This document shows, piece after piece, positions 25,650 to 36,508 of a DNA stretch of 64,000 nucleotides; the first letter of the stretch is position 1, and every line of letters starts with the position of its first letter. The position numbers and the translations under genes are program-made. Below the pieces are notes generated by a model. It saw only the letters and a program-made list of their open reading frames with translations. It was not told where the DNA came from and did no database searches. The stretch comes from Gekko japonicus. Taxonomy: Eukaryota. The DNA lies in the NCBI RefSeq assembly GCF_001447785.1, contig NW_015160219.1, forward strand, positions 270,650-334,649, given 5' to 3'.

Positions 25650-25790
25650 GGGGAAGGAGCTGTGGCTCAGTGGTAGAGCATCTGCTTGGCTTGAAGAAGG
25701 TCCCAGGTTCAGTCGTCCCCAGCTGCTGCCAGTCTGAGTAGATATTAGAGATTATGGTGGACCAGTGGTCTGATTCAGTATGTGGCAGAT
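25650..25790 (+). mobile_element. tRNA-Ala-like SINE
   Basis: TGGCTCAGTGGTAGAGC A box and GGTTCAGTC B box; related copy at ~51550-51745. Confidence 0.7.
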
Positions 25791-26070
25791 TCAATCCCAC
25801 AAGCTAGGAGCCCACAGAGAATCACAGGAGAGTGGGAAATTTGGAAATCCCACCCTCTAGATCTCTCCCTTTCCTGGATTCTGCAACATAATCCTAGGTC
25901 AGTCAAAACCCTCCCACCCTTACTGGGGTAATTATGGAAAATAAGTTCTCTCAGAAACATCAGGCCTGACAGACCATACCGAACACAGCCTATCAGCACC
26001 ACCAACAGATTGATAACCTTCCTGTTTTATAGTGCCTGCTGCCTGAGGCTAACAACACTAACCTCTGTGT

Positions 26071-26305
26071 GGCTGATTTCCCACAAGCGCTGCTCCATGC
26101 TCGCTCTTCCCTTTTGCCCCGATGGTACGTGTCAATTTCACACAAGCTGCTGTGTGGCCGCATTTTGCCCCGCAGCTTCCTGCGATTTCCCCCGCGTCTA
26201 CTCAATCCCCAAAAAACAGGATTGAGTAGACGCGGGGAAAATCGCACAAAGCTGCGGGGCAAAATGCGGTCACGCAGCAGCTTGTGTGAAATTGACATGT
26301 ACCAT
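26071..26305. mobile_element. Palindromic CpG-rich MITE (Harbinger-like) running into a gap
   Basis: ~87-bp arms 26122-26208 and 26219-26305 around a 10-nt loop. Confidence 0.7.
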
Positions 26306-26422
26306 NNNNNNNNNNNNNNNNNNNNNNNNNNNNNNNNNNNNNNNNNNNNNNNNNNNNNNNNNNNNNNNNNNNNNNNNNNNNNNNNNNNNNNNNNNNNNNN
26401 NNNNNNNNNNNNNNNNNNNNNN
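26306..26422. other. Assembly gap
   Basis: Run of N directly after the palindrome arm. Confidence 1.
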
Positions 26423-26715
26423 GTGGGCTATGCACAGCTTGGTGGGCCATAAATTGTTCAGAGTGATTCTGTCACCTGACAGCATGACAGGATGAGCCAT
26501 AAAGTAATGTATGTTCAGTCCCAATAAGCCCTGTAATGGAGTGAACCCTCTTCTATTGCTTGAGAAGTGATTTATGGAGGAGTATGTGGCATTTGCTCAT
26601 AAAGCTTTCTCTGTCTAAACTGAAACCGCCTGCTGGCCAAACATTATCCATGAAAAGAGACACCTGGAAGCCTAATTATGTAGCAGTGTGTCACTGCATA
26701 ACTGTTGGAATGAGT

Positions 26716-26996
26716 CAGATGGGCAGCCATGTTGGTCTGAAGCAGCAGAACAAACAATAATTTGCTGCCATCCATTGATCTTACCAGCCACCTGATCCAA
26801 TTGCAGCCCTACTTATGTACCTTGGCTGTGACTGGCCTTTCCTAATGGCTGCCCCCCCACCCTCTGTTTTCCTGTAAGCAGAGCTTGAGGAGGTTTCATT
26901 TCATTGTGTCTGACAAAATGTGCTTGCACGTGAAAGCTTATACTTTGAATAAAACTTTGTTGGTCTTAAAGGTGCCACTGGACTCAAACTTTGGTC
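26716..26996 (+). mobile_element. Short Penelope-like element with degenerate hammerhead motif (26906-26943) and 5' inverted end
   Basis: GTGT-CTGACAA-A-ATGTGCttGCACGT-GAAA-GCTT-ATAC; flanking CTG(T/C)TGGAAT(G/A)AGT duplication. Confidence 0.75.
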
Positions 26997-27043
26997 TGCT
27001 GGAATAAGTGGAAGTGTTTTAACACTCAGTATACATAACTGAA

Positions 27044-27392
27044 GGGGCTGCAGTGGCTCAAGTGGTTAAGACGCTGAACTGCAGACTGGAAGGTTGGTAG
27101 TTCAGCAGTTTGAGACCCAAGTGCTGCATGATGGAGTGAGCTCCCATCTCTGGTCCCAGCTCCTGCCAACCTAGCAGTTCGAAAGCAAGAAATTGCAAGT
27201 AGATAAATAGGTACTACTTCGGTGGGAAGGTAACAGTGTTCCGTGCGCCTTGGCATCTAGTCATGCCAGCCACATGACTACGGAGAAGTCTTTGGACAGC
27301 GCTAGCTTTTCGGCTTGGAAACGGAGATGAGCACCGCATCCCTAGAGTTGGATTCGACTGGCTTTTGAGCAAGAGAAACCTTTACCTTTACC
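27044..27392 (+). mobile_element. Sauria SINE
   Basis: tRNA-like head, core cagctcctgccaacctagcagttcgaaagc, (ACCTTT)n tail; TSD TATACATAAnTnAA. Confidence 0.92.
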
Positions 27393-27899
27393 TATACATA
27401 ATTTAAACATTGATATTTAAGCTGATTTCAAGCTTGCTGTCATACATAAGAACTGTATTGCTGGGTGTTACCTACCTCAGCCCTCCAACTTGGACAGTGG
27501 GAAAATTACAGGCACATTTATGTATCCCCTACTTTTCTCCCCAGCACAGACTCAAAGAAGCTTACAATGCTGTTCTCAATTATATTCTCTCAACAAGATC
27601 CCTATGAGATGGGTTAGTCTGAGAGATACTGACTCACTGGCCCATGGTTACCCAGCAGAGTGTGGATTCGAACCTGTGTCTCCCAGATCCTAGTGCAACA
27701 CTTTAACCAGTGCGCCATGCTGGCATGATGGATGGAGGCTGGGCTTCGACTTCACAGAGACTTGTTTGTAATGCCCACAAACTTGCTTGAAAGGTTCAAA
27801 CTCTAATGAGTGTATATCCAAATTTCTTTTGTGCCCAGGTAGGAGGAAATTTCAGACTGAGTGGTGGTAGGCCTGTAAAGGGGGAAAGTACTGTTAGTG

Positions 27900-28249
27900 G
27901 GAGCTGCGGTGGCTCAAGTGGTTAAGACGCTGAACTGCAGGCTGGAAGGTCGGTAGTTCAGCAGTTCGAGACCTGGGTTGCCGCATGATGGAGTGAGCTC
28001 CCGTCTCTAGTTCCAGCTCCTGCCAACCTAGCAGTTCGAAAGCAAGAAATTGCAAGTAGATAAATAGGTACCGCTTCGGTGGGAAGGTAACAGCGTTCCG
28101 TGCGCCTTGGTGTTTAGTCATGCCAGCCACATGACCACGGAAACGTCTTCGGATAGCGCTGGCTCTTTGGCTTTGAAATGGAGATGAGCACCGCAACCAT
28201 AGAGTCGGACTTGACTGGCTTTCGAGCAAGGGAACCTTTACCTTTACCT
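27900..28249 (+). mobile_element. Sauria SINE
   Basis: Same structure; TSD TACT(G/A)TTAGTG. Confidence 0.92.
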
Positions 28250-28964
28250 TACTATTAGTGTATCTCATATATTTGCTTTCTGCGGGGGCATCTGGACTTC
28301 CTGTTAAGTGGTACAGAAATGAACAGGAAACAAGGGACTCGTACATCGGACTGCTATCCTCTCTTCCTGCTAACTCTTTTGGCTGTTGTAAGGTTCCTTC
28401 ATGTATCTCTATTCTGTCCTTGTAAAAGTACGATACCAGCCAAATTTTTCTTCTACTGCTTCAGATCAATGTGGCTGCTCACCTGGATCTGTGTTACCTT
28501 TGGTTTCATCCCGCAGAACATACAAATAAAATACTGTGAAAAATACTGCTTAGAAAATATTTATTTATGCTCGGGAATAAAATATTTTATTAGACATAAA
28601 CTTATTGTTAGCACATTATTTCTGTAATGTATCAGAACATGTGGCAAGTTTTCTTGAATTTTCGTGTGACATTTCCTAGCACTGCTAAAATGGTGTGGTG
28701 TCTGGATTTCGTGTTAAGAGTCCCAGAGGGAGTCAGACATTCTGTATCTACTTGCCATATGACATTAGGGGGACAATTTTGCTTTTTAATTTTTAAATAG
28801 CTTTTGTTTAAATATTAAGCAGCAAGGTTGTTAATCTGGAGCTTTAAAGACCATTAAGCAAGGAGGAAGTGCCTTTGTGATCTCTTATTTTTGATCTATG
28901 TTGCCAGTGATATCATTTTGCAGCATTCTGGTGGCCTCAATGGGAAGTGTATAAAAGTTCCATT

Positions 28965-29007
28965 GTTGCTGTTGTTCAGTCGCAGTCGATTCCGACTCTT
29001 TGTGACC
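28965..29007 (-). mobile_element. 43-bp BovB 3'-tip insertion
   Basis: gttgttcagtcg...tccgactctttgtgacc with perfect 11-bp TSD AAAGTTCCATT. Confidence 0.75.
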
Positions 29008-30639
29008 AAAGTTCCATTAATACAATACATTTCTTCTCCCAGTGAGGAGAGAGTAACAAATTCCCAACTATTCCTGCACCTTGATTACTATGGAACTCTG
29101 TTGTGGCACTAGTGCATGTTGCCCGTGAGAAAAAATGCCCAACTGAGAAGGTTTACAGGAGGGTTGATGTACATCTCATCTATCCATACAATTCATAACA
29201 ACAGCTTTCCAACACATGTATGCAAAACTATCTTGTTACATGATGATTCCCAGAAATTATCCTCATTGTGGCAAACACGTTTTGTGGTGTTTTATGAAGA
29301 GGTCGCTAAAATAATAATATGCGATAGAGCTTAATGTATGGCAAGGCTGGCTAAAGCTCATCACTAGGATCCGTTTTCAGTGCTAAGGTTCATTGTTAGA
29401 ATAGGTAAAAATGCTCTTGAGCATGTGCAGAAGCCGTGTGCACAGGATTGCAGCCAGCCTTTATTGCTAGATGGGGCTGCCACATTTCCAGGTGGAGCTT
29501 TAAAGAAATTAACAGGAAATCAGTGAGGTCAACATTAAATGCAAAAAATTTCACAATGGTCTGATCAATCACGAGTACAGAGTTGCACCTTGCTAAATGT
29601 ATTGTTTAGGATTCCACTTCTGAAAGAAATGAGCTGCATACAACAAAACAAAGTTATTTTTAAGTTTAGAAGTTGTCCATAAGTAATAAGTAAGTAAACT
29701 AAGGAAATAGTGATTTACTTCTCTAAGTGAATAGTAATTTCCTTCTGCCTTTGTCCCTTTTAGCACCTTGTCATGCACACAGTCACAGTATCTAAAGAGG
29801 GGGTTTATTTTTCAGGACACTTAAAACACTGATAGTGATCTGGAAAAAAAAATCTACCCAGAGCCAAGAGGAATTTGTGCGGGCTGAGCGGGTAGGTCAG
29901 GTGAGTAAAATCTGCAGCTCTTCCAATTCTGCAGGGAGATCATCCACCATTATTATTGTACTGTGCTCCCCCCCACTCCCAATTCTAAAGAGAGGGCTCA
30001 GTGTTTAAATGTAAATTGTAATGTCTTGTATTTAAATCCTGAGGGGGGGGGGGTTGGGGAACATTTAGGTAGGAAGAGCCCATGTCCCAGACAGAGGGGT
30101 GGTGCTCTAGGGCCCTGCCTGACAATGTATTTGGAATTAATACGCTGGAATGAAGTTTGGGGTTTCACTTGTTGCCCCCAACCTCTGTGTGTCCATTTTA
30201 TTGTTAGATATTTCTACTCCACTTATCTCAACAGCAAGGACTCAAATGGGCTTAAAACTTCATTCTCTCTTTCTCCATTCACAAGAGCCCTATGAGATAA
30301 GTCTGACTGAATGACTGGCCCAAGGTTCCAAGGCAGAGTGGGGTTCTGAACCTGGTTCAGCCAGATCCTAGTCTAACAATTTATCTCTGACACCCTTAGT
30401 AAGGAGCCCCCAACAGTTGAGCTAGTAGCTGCAGGTCGGGATCCATGAGGGCTCAGGAATACATCTAAAACTGCAGAGGAAGTAACCCACCGGTTGTTCT
30501 GCTAGTTGGTCCAGTTATTGTGTCTAGGTAGACTTGTTTGTCCTTCACTTAACTGCCGAGTCTTCCTGCCAGCTGGCAATACCCTGTGATTTTGGCAATC
30601 TAGACAAAGTGTTTCACCTTTGCTACAGAGGAAGTGGGG

Positions 30640-31049
30640 ACTAGAGGCATGTTACCATAAGAGTCCATGTGCTCTTACCCCCCGCTTCACAGGCGCTTGG
30701 GGGGAGCAGGGGAGGGGTGAAGGCGCTACACCGTCCACCTCGCCCACATTTTCGCCACTACCCCCCTCACTCTCTCTACATTTCTCCCTATGTCCTTTCA
30801 TTCTTTCTCTCCCTCACTCTTTCTCCCTTCCTCCCCATTGCTTTGACTTCCTTCCCCCCAATTCCTCCCTCCCTCCATCTCTGCCTGTCTGTCTGCCTTT
30901 CTGCCTGTCTGTCTCTGTCTCCCCCCCTCCTACCTTCTTCTCTCTCTCTCCCAACCACTCTGTCTGTCTGTGTGTCTGTCTGTGGCCCACCCACCCACCT
31001 TACCTTTCTAGGGCCCGTTGACTTCATCCTCAACGGGCTTTAGTACTAG
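30640..31049 (+). mobile_element. Non-autonomous Helitron-like element with internal CT/CTGT low-complexity tract
   Basis: Subterminal hairpin GCCCGTTGA...TCAACGGGC (31013-31038) followed by CTAG|T; 5' end uncertain. Confidence 0.6.
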
Positions 31050-31214
31050 TTATTATATATTACTACATCCTCAAATATTATTTCTGCCATATCAGCTTAA
31101 TCTTTAACTCCATTCACATTATACCAATAACTTGAGTCTTCACTGTTGATGCCCCTAGTCATAGCTTAACTTTTCCTGTGGTAAAGATAAAATGAAGGAG
31201 GCCGAGGGGAGAAA

Positions 31215-31773
31215 TATGAGGTTGAGTCAAATGAAAACCTTAAAATGGTGATAAAGTTTAGAAACACTGTGCCTGTTTATAAGTTGTCTGCAAGTTGGCA
31301 GTATTTTTACCAATGACATAAGAAATGTCCCACAGATGGCAGCAGAGTGCAGACGAGTAACATCCCATCACAGTAGCCATGCATAAAGATGGCCGCCCCA
31401 CTTGAGACATGCACCAAAGAGGAGCAGTGTTCTGTCATCCGTTTTTTGAGTAGTGAAGGACTAAAATTCCTACTCCACTCATACACTTGCTGCAGTGGCA
31501 GACATGCACCACCATATTGCAACTTCATTCCTTGATAGGCTTCACTATGCAAAAAAATGGATGACTGAATGCTGCTCCTCTTTGGTGCATGTCTCAAGTG
31601 GGGCGACCATCTTTATGCGCTGCTGCTGTGATGGCGTGTTGCTTGTCTGCACTCTGCTGCCACCTGTAGGACATTCTTTATGTCATTTGTAGAAATGCTG
31701 CCAACTTACAGTCAATGGCAGTGTTTCTAAACTTTATCACCATTTTAAGGTATTCTTTTGACTCACCCTTGTA
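31215..31773. mobile_element. Mariner-derived fold-back MITE
   Basis: TA ends, ~230-bp inverted arms, transposase N-terminal remnants MAAPLETCTKEEQCSVIRFLSSEG (+) and MKLQYGGACLPLQQVYEWSR (-). Confidence 0.85.
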
Positions 31774-31878
31774 TATATGCAGATTTTAATGTCAGTAGAG
31801 GCTCACCTTATCACCTCTTCTGTGGCCAAGACTTCTGTCTGTGGTTCTTCTACAACTTCTTGCATTTGATAAATAGGG

Positions 31879-32314
31879 GGCCCAGTCATACGGAGAATTA
31901 GGTATGCGGAGGGGATGAATTAAGGGTGGATCAAACCGGTGCAATCAGACGCCAACATCTGGCAAGCGTTGCGCATCTGCCCCTAACCCGTTGCATCCGG
32001 CCGAAAATGCGGATCGAAAAGGTCCTAGGGAAAATTGAGTACCTACTGGAAGATCCGCAGCAACGGTGGGCGTCAGATTGTGGACGCGCCGGCAGCCCAT
32101 AGCATCCTGTAGCCACCTGCACATGCACACTAACGCGGGACCGCCATGTTGCCTCGCTGGGACTATGCTGTTGCCTCCCCAGTGTGATCGGGTGGCGACG
32201 GAGGGAGAACGGAACCACGGGGGAGCGTAAGATCGCACTCCCATGCTTCTTTTAGCTCCACCTCTAAAATGCCTCCCTTCCAGTGCGGATTTTCCCACTC
32301 ATGTGACCGGTGCC
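31879..32314. mobile_element. CpG-rich MITE (Harbinger-like)
   Basis: Imperfect TIRs GGCCCAGTCATACG/CATGTGACCGGTGCC; isolated CpG-rich block. Confidence 0.5.
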
Positions 32315-32789
32315 AGGGATGGGGAACTTTTCCATTAACATCTGGGAATTATTCTCAGAAAGGTCTGGACTGTTATATCCTTTCTCGAAGTGTTTTCTGT
32401 GCTGGCATTTCTTGTTGACATGGAGGGGGAAATAGAGGCAAAGCTTTGCTGAGATTAATTTAGTAAAGAACCCCCACCCACCCACACCAGCAGGCTAAAC
32501 TTACCGCTGCTTTGCCCAGGTGCAGCTCAATAGGAAATCAACAGCATCTCACACCTGCTTTGGAAACAGCAAAACAGGCTGGGTTCCTTAACTCTTTCAG
32601 ATAATCTATGAGCTCCATCTTATGGAGCCAAATGCTGTGTGACTCGTACATCTTGATTTTTTGGTAGGATTCAGATGTCCCGTGGAACAGGATTCTTGTT
32701 CTTTCAATACAGACTGTGTGCAGGAATTTTGGTGCAACTCATCATGGAGGGGTCAGGGGAAATTGGACCTGCTAAGATTCTGTCATGTC

Positions 32790-33469
32790 TCTTGAGAAAC
32801 CATATTAAGGGTCAAGAAGCGACAGTTAGAACTGGATATGGAACAACTGATTGGTTTAACATAGGAAAAGGAGTACGACAAGGATGTATATTGTCACCTT
32901 GCTTATTTAATATATATGCAGAGTACATCATGCGAAATGCCGGCCTGGATGAATCACAAACTGGAATTAAGATTGCTGGGGAAAAGATCAACAACCTCAG
33001 ATATGCAGACGATACCACTCTAAAGAGTCTCTTGCTCAGGGTAAAAGAGGAGAGCGCAAATGTGGGCGTGAAGCTCAACATCAAAAAAACTAATTGAGAG
33101 TCCCTTGGACTGCAAGGAGATCAAATCAGTCAGTCCTAAAAGAAATCAACCTGGGGCTCAGGGAGGCGGAGGAACGTTTTGACCCCCCCGCTGCCGCCAT
33201 TGCAGCTGCCACCAACAGCGCTGGGGGCCATAACTTTTTAAGGAACCCCCAAGGGGAGCCGGGCAGCATAATAAAAAGTAGAGACATCACCCTGCCAACA
33301 AAAGTCGGTATGGTCAAAGCAATGGTATTCCCAGTAGTAATGTATGGCTGTGAGAGTTGAAGGCCGAGCACCGAAGAATAGATTCTTTTGAATTATGGTG
33401 CTGGAGAAGACTCTTGAGAGTCCCTTGGACTGCAAGGAGATCAAATCAGTCAGTCCTAAAAGAAATCAA
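32790..33469 (+). mobile_element. Rearranged RTE-BovB RT fragment
   Basis: GQEATVRTGYGTTDWF...GVRQGCILSPCLFN...NNLRYADDTTL; SRDITLPTKV...VFPVVMYGCES; RVPWTARRSNQS present twice. Confidence 0.9.
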
Positions 33470-34262
33470 CCCGGGGCTCAGAGAGGCGGAGGAACGTTTT
33501 GACCCCCCGCTGCCGCCATTGTAGCTGCCGCCAACAGCTGGGGGAGTCAAAATGACCTCTCACGTGTGATGCTCGGACAACACACGCGAGAGGTGGAATC
33601 TGCCCCTACGAGTCCAAGGCCAGCACCCTGGAGCTCAGGGAGGTGGAGGAACGTTTCACCCTGCCCCCTCCACCGCCATTGCAGCTGCTGCTGACAGCAC
33701 CGGAGGCCATAACTTTTTAGAGCCCCCAAGGGCGAGCTGGGGGAGCCAGAATGACCGGACATCACACGAGAGGTGGAATTTGCCAGTGATGTCCGAGTGG
33801 ACATCACACGAGAGGTGGAATTTACCCCAACGAGTCCAAGGACAGCACCCCGGGGCTCAGGGAGGCAGATGAACGTTTCGCCCTGCCCCCTCCGCCACCA
33901 TTGCAGCTGCCATCGAGCCACCAAGGAGAGCTGGGGGACAGAATGACCTCTTGGGGCCAGAATGACCTCTTGGGGCAAATTCCACGGGAGAGGTGGAATT
34001 TGCCCAAACGAGCCCAAGGCCAGCACCCTGGGGCTCAGGGCGGCAAAGGAACTTTTTTTAAAGAGCCCTCAAGGAGAGCTGGGGGAGCCGGAATGACCTA
34101 TCCCAAGAGGTGGAATTTGTCCCTAGGAGTCCAAGGCCAGCACCCCGGGGCTGACAGAGCCGGAGGAACGTCCAAGGCCAGCACCCCGGGGCTGACAGAG
34201 GCGGAGGAACGTTTGCCCCCCCCCCCCTCCGGCGCCGCCGCCACGGCCATTGCAGCTGCTAT
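33150..34262 (+). repeat. GC-rich degenerate tandem repeat interleaved with BovB
   Basis: Recurrent ggggctcagggaggcggaggaacgttt, gccattgcagctgc, gagaggtggaattt and ccaaggccagcaccc modules (6-7 partial units). Confidence 0.85.
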
Positions 34263-34389
34263 GAGCAATCGCTGTCCTTAGTTTTAGTACGTCCGGCAGA
34301 TTCAATGTGGCGCACATTTTTAAGAACGAGTCCCTTTGGTCTGTGAAGGCATATATTTCCCAGAAAATGCAGCTGCTGTTTAAATGCCA

Positions 34390-35480
34390 CGCTTTTCAAG
34401 TACCCCGCCGCCTCCCAAATGAGAACTTTTCAGCGGCAGCTTTCGGAAGATGTCCTAAAAGGCCAGGCTGAGTCCAAAAGGGACTAAGTGAGGTCCCGGC
34501 TTCAAGGCCACCCTTCGCGTCTCCCGTCGCGGTTTGTTTGCTTTTCCCTCGCCGGCCCTGAAACCCCGGGGGGGAGACGCGCGCTTCGCCGCTTCCCCTC
34601 CCTTCCCCGGTACAAGGCGCGCGGCGGGCGGAGAGCGGCGTTTCGGAGCCGAGGGCAGGCGGGCCGCCGCGCCGCGCGTGTCTCCGGGCTCTCCTCCCAT
34701 GTGAGTGACCTTCAGCGACCCCGAGGCGGGTCCTGGGCGGCGCACGCACCTGTCCCGGCTCCGCGAAGGGAGTTGGCTGCTGCTTGGGAACTTTCCCGAG
34801 AGTCACCGGCGAGAGTAGCGCAGCGCGCGGGGCGCCCAGGGACGGCCCTTCACCTGCTTCTGGCCGCCTCTGTGGGGAGGGAGGGAGCGCCGCGCCGCTG
34901 GGCATGAAGCAGCCAGAGTGAAAAGTGTCCCGGCGGTGACCCAGGCCCAGGGGTCGGGGAGTCACCGCGCCGGCGAAGAGGAGGAGGAGCCGAGGCGGCG
35001 CCGGGCTGCTTCCCTTCACCTTCCCTCCGCGTGCTTTCTGTCTCCCCCTGCAGGCAGCCCCGGCTCCAGTCCGACCATGCCCTCGAGTAGGTGAAGTCTC
35101 GTCTCTTCGCCGCTGAGCTGGGAGGGGAGGCTGCGGCTCCATGCTGGGTGCCTGTGGGAGACCCTGGCGGGTCTCCGGAGGCGGGACTCTCTTGCTTCTC
35201 CTCCGCGTTGGGCTGCTTCAGCCCGGCGTCGTGGTTGCTTTCTCGGCCAGCGATCTGCCAGTGCCAGCGGCGATGATCGGCGGCAGCCCGACTCCAATCG
35301 AAGGGACCGTGCAGGCGCCCTGCGGGACCTCCCTGGAGGAGACTCGGCTCCAGGTCTTCACCTTGGATTACCTCCACGTGCAGATCCCCTTCGAGATCAC
35401 CCTCTGGATCCTGCTGGCGTCCTTAGCCAAGATCGGTGAGTAGTCACCCAAAAAACCCCGCCGGGGAATCTCTCACTAGA
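34390..35480 (+). promoter_or_regulatory. SLC9A2: CpG-island, TATA-less promoter / 5' region of SLC9A2
   Basis: Abrupt rise in GC and CpG density around the first coding exon, with GC boxes (e.g. GGCGGGCGG near 34624). Confidence 0.85.
35141..35435 (+). CDS. SLC9A2: Na+/H+ exchanger 2, first coding exon (295 nt, phase 1)
   Basis: ATG preceded by an in-frame TGA (35114). Hydrophobic signal-like N-terminus, then [34 protein letters not shown] typical of NHE2. Donor G|GTGAGT. Confidence 0.95.
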
Positions 35481-36375
35481 TCGAGGAATGGGGATGCCTC
35501 TCCTTTGCCGCCCCCATTTCTAGCGTGTGTCGAAAAGGTGGAGGGAGCAGGTGTTTTTCTGTGGCGGGGGAATTTTAAGAAGTATCTTTCCAAGGAGTTA
35601 TAGTTAAGTGCCCTTGTCTCCCCACCACCCTCGGACATGAAATTCATGCATGGTAAATGTGTCAGCTTCCTATTTATGTCAAGGAGGACTAGGGAAGACA
35701 AATTAGTTACCGCAGCCTCTGAAACAGGACTCGTTTTCAGAAAACGCTGAACACCAGGGAAATAATGTTTCCTAAAATCTCTGGCGCCTGCTCTGTCCCT
35801 GTTTCAATAGATCTGATGGTCAAGATATTTCACTTGCGTAAAGTGATCGGGCTGGATTCCCGATCGCAAGAAAAGTAGCTGGCATCATGTGCTTTCTGTG
35901 ATGTGTGCAAGGAAACGTCAATGCCTAACAGATAAGGATCGCCTGGAAGTATTCCTGCATAAGGGTTTATTGGTTTGTAACCGGATGCTTTCCTGCTTTT
36001 TGTTCTCAAGTTTTATTGTGGGTGGTCCGAAACGGAGTAGTTGTAAAGAAGGAAGAAAGAGAGAAAGAAATACAAAGATTTCTAAAAATTTAAACTTGTG
36101 TGAGAAATGAAATAAAGGGACTTCTGATAAAGAAAATCTAAAATACCTTGCTTTAAACTGTAGTAGAAAAATATTGCTTGAAATCAATTGATGCTTATTA
36201 TGAAACCAGACAGTAGGCCTGCACCTAAAATTACGAATAGGGACTTCTGGTCATGAATCTTATAAATCCAGAGGTGCTTAGCTACATATAAAAATATAGT
36301 ATCTGAACCTAAATGCTTAAGCAAGCTGGCTTGAAGAAAGAGGAGGCCCTCTGGAGAGAGAACTAACTGTTGGCT

Positions 36376-36508
36376 GGGGTGGGGTAACCTTTTGGACTAC
36401 AGGATATGCTATCTCAACAGACCTTCTGGAGGGCGACGTAGAAGCACTATAGGGGTGGGGTAACTTTTGGACTACAGGATATGCTATCTCAACAGACCTT
36501 CTGGAGGG
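36376..36508. repeat. ~57-bp direct duplication with 18-bp spacer
   Basis: ggggtggggtaac(c)ttttggactacaggatatgctatctcaacagaccttctggaggg at 36376 and 36452. Confidence 0.95.

Noticed and set aside
1793-35141. In-frame SLC9A4-SLC9A2 read-through fusion via the 35053 acceptor
   Set aside because: Joining from either SLC9A4 donor hits a stop (35092 or 35114) before the NHE2 frame.
34396-35377. Long antisense ORFs (248 aa and 175 aa) over the promoter
   Set aside because: Expected stop-codon depletion in a GC-rich CpG island; low-complexity R/G/P/A content, no recognisable domain.
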